Part shown: positions 49,264 through 55,798 of the stretch, piece by piece
Position numbering within the stretch: the first letter of the stretch is position 1
Layout of the letters: each line of letters begins with the position of its first letter
Assembly: GCA_964442455.1 (NCBI GenBank)
Contig: CAYTZB010000007.1
Location: 1 to 55,798 of the forward strand
Reading direction: 5' to 3'
Source of the DNA: an uncultured Gammaproteobacteria bacterium
GTDB taxonomy: Bacteria > Patescibacteriota > Microgenomatia > UBA8517 > JACQJR01
Length of the DNA: 55,798 nucleotides
Program-made: the position numbers and the translations under genes
The notes under the pieces: model-generated
Database searches by the model: none
What the model saw: only the letters and a program-made list of their open reading frames with translations
Told to the model about the DNA's origin: nothing

Positions 49264-50448
49264 TTATTTTACTGCCTTCTCTACTGCCCGAGCAATTTCT
49301 TGGTGAATTTTTTTGTCAAGCACTCGGGGAAGAATGTTAGTTTTTGTCGGGGTGAGGTACTGTGTGAGTGTTTGTGCCACCGCATATTTCATATGAGCGG
49401 TAACGTGTGGCGCACGACTATCCAACAGCCCGCGAAAGAGTCCGGGGAATACGAGTGCATTATTGATTTGGTTTGGAAAATCACTTCTTCCGGTTGCAAC
49501 CAGTGCCGCCCCTCCCCTCTTTGCATCATCTGGCATAATTTCAGGCACTGGATTGGAAAGCGCGAATACGATAGGATTTTTGTTCATGCGGGAAATATGC
49601 CCGGGAGTGAGTTTCCCCCCAGTTGAGAGTCCAATGACCGCATCGGCTCCTCGGATAGCATCGTCTAGCGTTCCCCGTACCCGCCTCTTATTTGTAACTG
49701 AGCCGAGCATTCGTTTCCATACTGTTAAATCGGCCCTTTGCTCCTCGACTACCCCTTTGCTATCAACCAAAATTACATCAGCGGGTGGTTCGAAGAAAAG
49801 GGGGGCTATCTTTTGGAGAGGTTTCCACTTCTCTCTTCCCACCAGTAACCACGCTGTTGCTGACGCAGCCGCTCCCGCTCCTATAATTACCACTTTCAAA
49901 TCCCGTAAATGTATACCGAGTGCCTTGGTTGCATTGACCAGTGCTGCCAACACCACAATTGCTGCGCCATCCTGATCATCGTGAAATACTGGAATTTCCA
50001 ATCCTTCCAGCCTTTCTTCTATTTCGAAACAGGCGGGAGCAGCAATATCTTCAAGGTTTATTCCTCCAAAAGAGGGAGCGAGTGTATGAATAAATTGTAC
50101 AACTTCGTCAGGTGTTTGGGCTCGGATACAAAGAGGATATGCGTTGACTCCTCCGAATTCAGAAAATAATACCGCTTTTCCTTCCATGACTGGAAGTGCG
50201 GCCTCAGGACCCACATTACCAAGACCCAAAACTGCTGTGCCATCGGTAACAATTGCAACAGAATTACCTTTTCCTGTTAATTTCCAAACAGTATCTTTTC
50301 GTTTTGCAATTGCTTTGCTCACCGCTCCCACTCCAGGGGTATAGAGAGTGGAAAGTGTATCATATGTGCGAACAGGGATTTTTGAAGAAACAGAGATTTT
50401 ACCCTTTAATTTCTTATGAAGTTCTAGTGCTTTCTTGGTGTAGTCCAT
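49264..50448 (-). CDS. NAD(P)-dependent malic enzyme (short form)
   Basis: LSTLYTPGV, GTAVLGLGN and dinucleotide fold IIGAGAAASA; ATG at 50448 (MDYTKKALE). Confidence 0.88.
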   Translation of the reverse strand: MDYTKKALELHKKLKGKISVSSKIPVRTYDTLSTLYTPGVGAVSKAIAKRKDTVWKLTGKGNSVAIVTDGTAVLGLGNVGPEAALPVMEGKAVLFSEFGGVNAYPLCIRAQTPDEVVQFIHTLAPSFGGINLEDIAAPACFEIEERLEGLEIPVFHDDQDGAAIVVLAALVNATKALGIHLRDLKVVIIGAGAAASATAWLLVGREKWKPLQKIAPLFFEPPADVILVDSKGVVEEQRADLTVWKRMLGSVTNKRRVRGTLDDAIRGADAVIGLSTGGKLTPGHISRMNKNPIVFALSNPVPEIMPDDAKRGGAALVATGRSDFPNQINNALVFPGLFRGLLDSRAPHVTAHMKYAVAQTLTQYLTPTKTNILPRVLDKKIHQEIARAVEKAVK

Positions 50449-50473
50449 GATATACTTATATAATAATACAGAT

Positions 50474-50547
50474 GCGCCCATAGCTCAACTGGACAGAGCA
50501 GGTGCGTTCTAAGCACACGATTGGGGGTTCGAGTCCCTCTGGGCGCG
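50474..50547 (+). tRNA. tRNA-Arg(TCT)
   Basis: Hand-folded: GCGCCCA/TGGGCGC acceptor, loop GTTCTAA, GGGGG/CCCTC T stem; one G-A mismatch at the top of the anticodon stem. Confidence 0.85.
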
Positions 50548-50596
50548 CACTTTTCCACGTTTTCTTTGCACCCTCCCAAAGCGTAGATTTAGCTTT

Positions 50597-50611
50597 ACAC
50601 CTCGAAGGTGT
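50597..50611. repeat. REP-like palindrome ACACCTCGAAGGTGT
   Basis: Perfect 15-nt palindrome of the ACACCT..AGGTGT subfamily. Confidence 0.7.
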
Positions 50612-50648
50612 CAGGGTGTCATGGTAAAAAATTTTTGATCGTTTCGTT

Positions 50649-51086
50649 ATGACAAGAGAGTATTTCAAATTTGTGTCCGCGGTCCATCTTTTTTTTGTTA
50701 AAGACGGAAAAATATTGTTGTTGCGAAGGTTCAATACTGGATACGAAGACGGAAACTACAGTGTTCCCGCTGGCCACATTGATGGTGAAGAAAGAGCTAC
50801 GAAAGCGATGATTAGAGAGGCGATGGAGGAGACCGGAGTAACTGTTAAGGAGGACCAACTCAAAATGGTACATGTTATGCACAGAAAATCTACCGAGGAA
50901 CGAATTGATTTTTTCTTTGAGGCAACGCATTGGCAAGGTGAACCTAAAATTATGGAAACTAATAAATGTGATGATTTGAGTTGGTTCCCAATTGACGAAT
51001 TACCTCAAAACATGGTTCCTTATGTTAGAGCTGGGATAGAGAACTATAAAAACAAGGTTTTGTTTTCTGAATTTGGCTGGAACTAA
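50649..51086 (+). CDS. Nudix hydrolase
   Basis: Nudix box GHIDGEERATKAMIREAMEETGV. Confidence 0.85.
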   Translation: MTREYFKFVSAVHLFFVKDGKILLLRRFNTGYEDGNYSVPAGHIDGEERATKAMIREAMEETGVTVKEDQLKMVHVMHRKSTEERIDFFFEATHWQGEPKIMETNKCDDLSWFPIDELPQNMVPYVRAGIENYKNKVLFSEFGWN

Positions 51087-51099
51087 TATGTTTATGCAA

Positions 51100-51124
51100 A
51101 CACCTTAAAGGTGTCAAGCTAAAC
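51100..51124. repeat. REP-like palindrome ACACCTTAAAGGTGT + CAAGCTAAAC (3' flank of RAYT-2)
   Basis: Direct-repeat partner at 51787-51811. Confidence 0.75.
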
Positions 51125-51769
51125 ATCTTCGATGAGTTGATGTTTAATCATTTCCAAAGATATACCATATTCAATTTGATCCTCAAGAAATTGTCGATAT
51201 TTCTCTTTTGAAGAGAAAAAGTTTAATATTTCACCAGCGAGACATAGATTACTATTGTTTTGCATATATTCTTCATAAGAAGACCAAGGATATTCACCTA
51301 GTTTACCCACTAATCCTGAAACGACTGGGTTTAAGTGAATGTAACGTGATAAATGAATTAGCTGATCATTAGATTCAACTCTTACTGCTTTAAAAGAACC
51401 TTCAAGAATTGGACCCACACGTTTATATTTTGTGTTGAAATATTTGGTATAACTATTACAAAGTTGACTTATAAAAATTGAAATACCGTTATCTTTAAGT
51501 TGACGAACCAGGAAATGAAAATGATTAGGCATTAAACAGTAACAAATGATATCGATAAGTTTATTCTCTTGACTAGGTAATATAAGATTCAATTCAGATT
51601 TTGCAAAGTTAGAAAATTTTATTTTATTACCTATTAATTGGTAGTAAATAAATGTTTGTTTAAATCTCTTGAAATCGCGTTGCTGGAGAAAAATATGTCG
51701 TTTATCGATACCCCTATTGAAAAGATGATAGAATTCACCATTTACCAGTGGTGTAAGTCTTCCCGGCAT
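51119..51769 (-). CDS. REP-associated tyrosine transposase (RAYT), second copy
   Basis: YCLMPNHFHFLV (HUH) and IHLNPV; paralog of 925-1605; bracketed by ACACCTT(A/T)AAGGTGTCAAG(C/G)TAAAC. Confidence 0.85.
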   Translation of the reverse strand: MPGRLTPLVNGEFYHLFNRGIDKRHIFLQQRDFKRFKQTFIYYQLIGNKIKFSNFAKSELNLILPSQENKLIDIICYCLMPNHFHFLVRQLKDNGISIFISQLCNSYTKYFNTKYKRVGPILEGSFKAVRVESNDQLIHLSRYIHLNPVVSGLVGKLGEYPWSSYEEYMQNNSNLCLAGEILNFFSSKEKYRQFLEDQIEYGISLEMIKHQLIEDV

Positions 51770-51786
51770 ACCTTAAGTCTATGCTT

Positions 51787-51811
51787 ACACCTTTAAGGTG
51801 TCAAGGTAAAC
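51787..51811. repeat. REP-like palindrome ACACCTTTAAGGTGT + CAAGGTAAAC (5' flank of RAYT-2)
   Basis: See 51100-51124. Confidence 0.75.
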
Positions 51812-51817
51812 TTCAGG

Positions 51818-52546
51818 TTAATAACCTGTGAACTGCTCTATCTCTATTTTATCTGGAACAATATTTAACTTCTGAAGTTCGTCTTGCATTCCTTGGACAA
51901 AGGCAGGAGGACCGCAGACCCACCAGGTGGGAATTTCTAATTTAAAATTTCTAATTTCTAATAGTTTTTTGATCATTTCCCCGTTAATTCTTCCGGTCAA
52001 ACCATTCCAGGGCGTTTTGGATTCTTCTGGGTGGGTTATTGTATGAGAAATAGTGAGATGAGGGTTCACTTTCGCGAGTTCATCCAGTTCTTCTTTGAAT
52101 ACAATCTCTTCGGGAGTTGAATTTGAGTAAATAAGGTGGATTGGTCCGCCAGCTGGCGGATTATCTGTTGCGTACTTAATCATACTTCGGAATGGAGTAA
52201 TTCCTATTCCACCGGCCAAAAATACTTGGGGTTCAGTTGGCGGTGGTTCAGGAAGCACAAAATCTCCTCGTGGGCCAGTCCCTACCACTCTTACCCCTGG
52301 CTCCAATATATTTAGTGCTTGTTTAAAGCCACTTTGAGAGATTTTAGTGGTTAACCGAACGAACTCCTCGGTAGGTGAGGAAGAGATAGTGAAGTGGCGA
52401 ACGTTTCCACGGGGATCAGATTCTGGAAGTTCAAGCGTGTAGTACAAAAATTGTCCTGGTTTCCATGTGAGTGGTGTGTTTGGCTTCCAGAAGAAAGAAA
52501 CCGCGTCACCCGCCTCTTTTTGCTTCTTGACAAGCGTAAGCTTCAT
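51818..52546 (-). CDS. ferredoxin-NADP reductase-like FAD/NAD(P)-binding oxidoreductase
   Basis: RHFTISS (R-x-Y/F-S FAD motif) and GGIGITPF NAD(P) motif; ATG at 52546 (MKLTLVKK). Confidence 0.8.
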   Translation of the reverse strand: MKLTLVKKQKEAGDAVSFFWKPNTPLTWKPGQFLYYTLELPESDPRGNVRHFTISSSPTEEFVRLTTKISQSGFKQALNILEPGVRVVGTGPRGDFVLPEPPPTEPQVFLAGGIGITPFRSMIKYATDNPPAGGPIHLIYSNSTPEEIVFKEELDELAKVNPHLTISHTITHPEESKTPWNGLTGRINGEMIKKLLEIRNFKLEIPTWWVCGPPAFVQGMQDELQKLNIVPDKIEIEQFTGY

Positions 52547-52564
52547 TAAGTTAAATAATAACAT

Positions 52565-52747
52565 ATGTGTTACAACTGTGGATGCGGAATGCCAGATGAT
52601 GACATGGGTAAGGGTCACCTTCATGAAGGAGGCGGTTCTCTTACCGAAGAAGTTTGGAAGCACATGGCACAGCAGTGGAATATGAGCGTTGAGGATGCGA
52701 AGAAAAACGTCCTTGAAGAATTAAAAAAGCAGTTAGGTGAAGGTTAA
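52565..52747 (+). CDS. hypothetical small Cys-rich protein (60 aa; MCYNCGCGMPDDD...)
   Basis: ATG start, divergent from the oxidoreductase with an 18-nt gap; C-x2-C-x-C at the extreme N-terminus. Confidence 0.5.
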   Translation: MCYNCGCGMPDDDMGKGHLHEGGGSLTEEVWKHMAQQWNMSVEDAKKNVLEELKKQLGEG

Positions 52748-52953
52748 AGTTCCTCTAACCCAATATGTTCTCTTCTTAATCTCTGTAACTCTTCCAGAGT
52801 AGTTTGTAGCCGACGTGCTTGTCTATTAAGCTCTTCTAATTGAGCATCAGATTGTGGATGGTCGATTTTAGTGCCGACTTCTTTAAGTTCCTTTTCCACA
52901 AGCGTAATGACTGGTGCGATAGAGACGGGTTCTTCGGAAGATTCGGGTTCCAT
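52744..52953 (-). CDS. hypothetical coiled-coil protein (69 aa)
   Basis: ATG-initiated ORF; heptad-like LEELNRQARRLQTTLEELQRL. Confidence 0.45.
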   Translation of the reverse strand: MEPESSEEPVSIAPVITLVEKELKEVGTKIDHPQSDAQLEELNRQARRLQTTLEELQRLRREHIGLEEL

Positions 52954-53001
52954 TTTCTTTGTGGCCTTTCGAAAGGAGTGTAAAACACAGAACTATTTTT
53001 G

Positions 53002-53763
53002 TCAACTTTTTCCACTCTTTCCTCTTTTCCACGGTACAGCTTCCAAGAATGGTTTATAAAGGTCTTCCTGAATGGGTACGTTAAAACTTGAGTGAGGTTT
53101 TTTAATTTCTATTGCGCGAGAGACAAATTGAATGTTTGGTATATCCGTAATGAGCGCGAGAGGAGTATGCTCATTCCCCTCGCCCATCGCAACGACTGCA
53201 GCCGAGGCCAAACTATCGGGGATATTTGTTTGAGAAATGACCAGTTTTTTCCCAAAAATATCGCGCTTTCCACGATAATCGCGTAAAGGCCGAAATCCCC
53301 AATGGGCTAACGATATACCAACTACTCCTCGACGGAGAGGAACAGAATGAGAATCGGTAATAATAACACCACAATTTTTTATCATGCGCTTCTCTCTTAA
53401 AAATTTCCAAATCTCGTGAGCGGATTTCTTGGGATTTTTTGGCCAAAGAATATAATACCCTGCGCCATTACTCTCGTCGATTCCTGCAGTAGGAACAAAA
53501 AGATTGTTTTTTAGCGTGTGCATAACCCACTTTTCAGGGACGAGTTCTCGAGGCAGGTACTTTTCTGCTTCCTGTATGATAAGCTCGTCTTTACTCTTGA
53601 CCTGCTCTTGTGGTACACATCGCCCCTCCCCAATCGACACAATTTTTGAAGTAATCGCCACAATTGTGTTTTCTTTTAACGTTGGGATACTTGTCTCAAG
53701 CAATTCCCAGAGATTATCCTTAGGAGGCAAAAATGCGCGGGTTTTGATAGGCGTGATGGTCAT
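53002..53763 (-). CDS. CofE-like protein (coenzyme F420-0:L-glutamate ligase family)
   Basis: ITSKIVSIGEGR and TAGIDESN signatures of the CofE/FbiB N-terminal family. Confidence 0.75.
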   Translation of the reverse strand: MTITPIKTRAFLPPKDNLWELLETSIPTLKENTIVAITSKIVSIGEGRCVPQEQVKSKDELIIQEAEKYLPRELVPEKWVMHTLKNNLFVPTAGIDESNGAGYYILWPKNPKKSAHEIWKFLREKRMIKNCGVIITDSHSVPLRRGVVGISLAHWGFRPLRDYRGKRDIFGKKLVISQTNIPDSLASAAVVAMGEGNEHTPLALITDIPNIQFVSRAIEIKKPHSSFNVPIQEDLYKPFLEAVPWKRGKSGKS

Positions 53764-53983
53764 TTTGTGGATGGCGTGTTTTGAGCTGGAAAGCGCTGTG
53801 CCCTTCCGTAGCTTTTAGCGCAGGAGGGTACAGGGTACTCAGTTCGAATCTATCAAAATATATCACTCCTGAGTTAATTCTACAACTTAGTGAACTAAGA
53901 AACCACCTTAAAATTGTCAATCTAGGTGTTTTTCTGGAAATTTTTGGACCTTTTCCCTGCGTGATATAATTTCAATTGTCTAT

Positions 53984-54805
53984 ATGGTTGAAGGAGAGTC
54001 TCCTCTATCTTTTCTATCTTTGTCTAGTGCTGAACGTATTTTCGAACGAAGATTTCAGAGACTCCCTCCAGAGGTAAGGCTTTTGATAATCATTCTTGGA
54101 GATCCTCTGGTTACAGGGACAACATATGCGTGGAGCAATCTGGTTCACTATATTGCATATAAATATCACGAGGTAGCAGTTGAAGATACATCAGGAACTT
54201 TCATTGCCCTTGACCTTGGCTCAGCATTTCCCATGTGGTCTACAATGTTGAGAAACAAGAATAGTGGGTTTTTATCTCCTACACGCAAGTATTTAGCCAT
54301 AAGTTTAGATATAGAAGATCCCAGTAGATTAGTTGCTAAAGCAAGAAATAGTTTTCCCCCGGAATTCAGAAGAACACCATTCTACTTCATAACCGAGTTT
54401 ATGGAAGATCATGTACAGGGAAACATTCTTGCACTACCTTTTACACCAAATTCTATTTCTTTCTTAACAAATTTTGAAGCATATCCATTTTATTTTGGAG
54501 ATAAAAGCTATGAAGAACATCTGAGGTTTGCAAAACAAGTTATGGAAATACTAAAACCAGGAGGTAAAGCAATCTTTTTTCCCTGGATTTTAAGTCACGA
54601 GCATGAAAGAAATGGAAAAGTTCTAGCTGATGTTAAAAATTATTGGATTACAGGTGGTATGGATGTATCAGTAAGGCGTTTTGCATGGCGTGAACTGGTA
54701 GATCATATGGGATTACGGGAGGAAATATTAATGAATGTTTCACCAATATTTAATAAGTCATTTAAGAAAACTATCCCAGCATTAATTCTTACAAATCCAA
54801 AGTAA
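53984..54805 (+). CDS. hypothetical protein, possibly a divergent SAM-dependent methyltransferase
   Basis: ALDLGSAF (motif I-like), ILALPF and MEILKPGGKAIFF; distant resemblance to the 141-848 product; extended -10 TGATATAAT upstream. Confidence 0.6.
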   Translation: MVEGESPLSFLSLSSAERIFERRFQRLPPEVRLLIIILGDPLVTGTTYAWSNLVHYIAYKYHEVAVEDTSGTFIALDLGSAFPMWSTMLRNKNSGFLSPTRKYLAISLDIEDPSRLVAKARNSFPPEFRRTPFYFITEFMEDHVQGNILALPFTPNSISFLTNFEAYPFYFGDKSYEEHLRFAKQVMEILKPGGKAIFFPWILSHEHERNGKVLADVKNYWITGGMDVSVRRFAWRELVDHMGLREEILMNVSPIFNKSFKKTIPALILTNPK

Positions 54806-54829
54806 GTAAAATATAATAACAAAACCAAA

Positions 54830-54892
54830 CCACCTTCCAGGTGGACTAGGTTGGCACCTGTCTTTAATTATTCGTTTACACCTTCGAGGTGT
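54830..54892. repeat. REP-like cluster (CCACCTTCCAGGTGG + TTGGCACCTG ... ACACCTTCGAGGTGT)
   Basis: Both REP subfamilies occur side by side. Confidence 0.8.
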
Positions 54893-54913
54893 CTACAAGC
54901 TATCTTTAAATAT

Positions 54914-55013
54914 GAGCGGGATAATCAGAGCTTGTCCTTCTCCTCGTTTCACTCGGAGCGGGATAAGAACCCTAACTTCGTTAGGAACCTTGTCCCACTC
55001 TGCGCAACGCTTG
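54914..55013 (-). repeat. two pseudo 3' ends of tRNA-Gly downstream of the gene
   Basis: GAGCGGGATA (plus strand) occurs at 54914, 54956 and, as the true 3' end, 55013; the spacer carries AACGAAGT on the tRNA-sense strand. Confidence 0.65.
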
Positions 55014-55084
55014 AGCGGGATAGGGGAGTCGAACCCCTCTTCTCAGCTTGGAAAGCTGATGTTGAGCCGATCAACTAATCCCGC
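55014..55084 (-). tRNA. tRNA-Gly(TCC)
   Basis: Hand-folded: GCGGGAT/ATCCCGC acceptor, GTTG/CAAC D stem, TCAGC/GCTGA anticodon stem, loop TTTCCAA, AGGGG/CCCCT T stem. Confidence 0.88.
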
Positions 55085-55154
55085 AGTTCAAGACTTGCGA
55101 ATCAATTCGTTGATGAACAACAAATTGAACTAAGGGATATAGAATACAAATTCT

Positions 55155-55189
55155 CTATCCCGCCTACGTTACTTCGTAACTTCGGCGGG
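55155..55189. repeat. acceptor-like fragment CTATCCCGC plus nested hairpin CCCGCC-TAC-GTTAC-TTC-GTAAC-TTC-GGCGGG
   Basis: Plus-strand copy of the tRNA-Gly 3'-end sequence, in inverted orientation relative to the gene; contains ACTTCGT (the complement of ACGAAGT). Confidence 0.5.
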
Positions 55190-55232
55190 CAAGTCCGCTT
55201 TAGCTCGAAGTAAACTAATGATATCACAAATA

Positions 55233-55262
55233 TTGATAATCTGCTATATATCGTGGTAAAAT
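55233..55262 (+). promoter_or_regulatory. sigma70-like promoter for the tRNA cluster
   Basis: TTGATA (55233-55238), 18-nt spacer, TAAAAT (55257-55262), 30 nt before tRNA-Leu(TAA). Confidence 0.5.
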
Positions 55263-55291
55263 TCAGTAGTTTACCCTGAGGCTAACGAAGG

Positions 55292-55376
55292 GCCGGGATG
55301 ACGGAATGGTAGACGTACAGGACTTAAAATCCTGAGGCTCAATAGAGCCGTGTGGGTTCGAGTCCCGCTCCCGGCA
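55292..55376 (+). tRNA. tRNA-Leu(TAA)
   Basis: Hand-folded: GCCGGGA/TCCCGGC acceptor, CAGGA/TCCTG stem, loop CTTAAAA, long variable arm, GTGGG/CCCGC T stem. Confidence 0.9.
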
Positions 55377-55382
55377 CAAATA

Positions 55383-55456
55383 CGGGGACTGGCGCAATTG
55401 GCTAGCGCGCCTCGTTTGGGACGAGGAGGCTCGCGGTTCGAGTCCGCGGTCCCCGA
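55383..55456 (+). tRNA. tRNA-Pro(TGG)
   Basis: Hand-folded: CGGGGAC/GTCCCCG acceptor, CCTCG/CGAGG stem, loop TTTGGGA, CGCGG/CCGCG T stem. Confidence 0.9.
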
Positions 55457-55464
55457 CAAAATAA

Positions 55465-55549
55465 GCAGGTGTGGCGGAACTGGTAGACGCGTACGGTTCA
55501 GGACCGTATGGAGTAATCCTTGGAGGTTCGAGTCCTCTCACCTGCACCA
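55465..55549 (+). tRNA. tRNA-Leu(CAG), CCA encoded
   Basis: Hand-folded: GCAGGTG/CACCTGC acceptor, TACGG/CCGTA stem, loop TTCAGGA, long variable arm; discriminator A followed by CCA. Confidence 0.9.
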
Positions 55550-55550
55550 C

Positions 55551-55632
55551 GCGGACGTGGTGAAACTGGTATACACGCAGTCTTGAGGAGGCTGTCCCGT
55601 AAGGGGTGGAGGTTCGAGTCCTCTCGTCCGCA
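55551..55632 (+). tRNA. tRNA-Leu(GAG)
   Basis: Hand-folded: GCGGACG/CGTCCGC acceptor, CAGTC/GGCTG stem, loop TTGAGGA, long variable arm, GGAGG/CCTCT T stem. Confidence 0.88.
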
Positions 55633-55757
55633 CACGAAGTACGCGGCGAGGGACGAGAATTTATTTTGAGCTTGCGAAAAACAAGCTCTGCTTATTCGCA
55701 TTCGAGCGAAGCGAGAATCTCGCAGGCTCGTGAGCCGAGAAAATCCTCTCGTCCGCA
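55633..55757 (+). mobile_element. tRNA-3'-end-associated mini element E3 (125 nt, ends in a duplicate of the tRNA-Leu(GAG) 3' end)
   Basis: Begins CACGAAGTAC, core GGGACGAGAATTTATT, internal GAGCGAAGCGAGAATCTCGC, ends TCCTCTCGTCCGCA, repeating 55619-55632. Confidence 0.7.
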
Positions 55758-55762
55758 CAAAT

Positions 55763-55798
55763 GGGCACTTAGCTCAGTTGGCTAGAGCGTTCGGTTTA
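55763..55798 (+). tRNA. partial tRNA (5' half; anticodon begins TA., cut by the window end)
   Basis: GGGCACT TA GCTC AGTTGGCTA GAGC G TTCGG TTTA... is a canonical 5' half; Val(TAC) is plausible but cannot be determined. Confidence 0.6.

Noticed and set aside
50456-50936. ORFs 50456-50734 (-) and 50619-50936 (-)
   Set aside because: The first reads through tRNA-Arg(TCT). The second is antisense to the Nudix gene, which carries a clear Nudix box.
53830-53875. tRNA-like T-loop sequence CAGTTCGAATC in the 53764-53983 intergenic region
   Set aside because: The flanks cannot form a T stem or an acceptor stem. Only a generic ACTCAG...CTGAGT hairpin is possible.
54851-55758. ORFs across the tRNA-Gly / Leu / Pro / Leu / Leu cluster (54851-55133, 55263-55758)
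   Set aside because: All overlap hand-folded tRNA genes or their repeat-rich flanks. The GC-rich tRNA sequence keeps these frames open by chance.

Overview
This 55.8-kb window looks like a streamlined bacterial genome of the Candidate Phyla Radiation / Patescibacteria type. That placement is an inference from reduced aminoacyl-tRNA synthetase and trigger-factor architectures, a DRG-type GTPase, DUF763, Pro/Ser/Thr-rich linkers and many orphan ORFs. The genetic code is standard: TAA, TAG and TGA each terminate recognisable genes.

Core genes:
- recG, tyrS and a class A PBP.
- The conserved thrS-infC-rpmI-rplT-pheS-pheT block.
- tig, dinB, thpR and a malic enzyme.
- Two Nudix hydrolases and various small-enzyme genes.
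- 13 tRNA genes, hand-folded, one of them cut by the window edge.

Accessory and unusual content:
1. An AT-rich type I R-M operon (34748-43364) has extra uncharacterised genes translationally coupled between hsdM, hsdS and hsdR. These are two predicted membrane proteins, an hsdS-like remnant and a 252-aa gene in the prrC position. A Cas4-like nuclease lies next door, and the HTH-fused hsdM is driven by a consensus promoter on an essentially leaderless mRNA. This is my best candidate for an undescribed defence module.
2. A family of 100-125-nt elements sits immediately 3' of tRNA genes. Each is bounded by a duplicated tRNA 3' end.
3. A GIY-YIG gene is inserted beside tRNA-Leu(TAG), with a 23-nt duplication of the tRNA 5' end.
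4. Seven tandem hairpins of about 35 nt share a conserved CTTTCG apex.
5. REP-like palindromes flank two RAYT transposase genes, and one copy sits in frame inside a GTPase gene.
6. GC-rich palindromes are inserted in frame in two enzyme genes.
7. Two distant orphan-gene cassettes share their 5' and 3' non-coding modules.

Everything was done by eye. No searches or folding programs were run, so product calls rest on recognisable motifs only.
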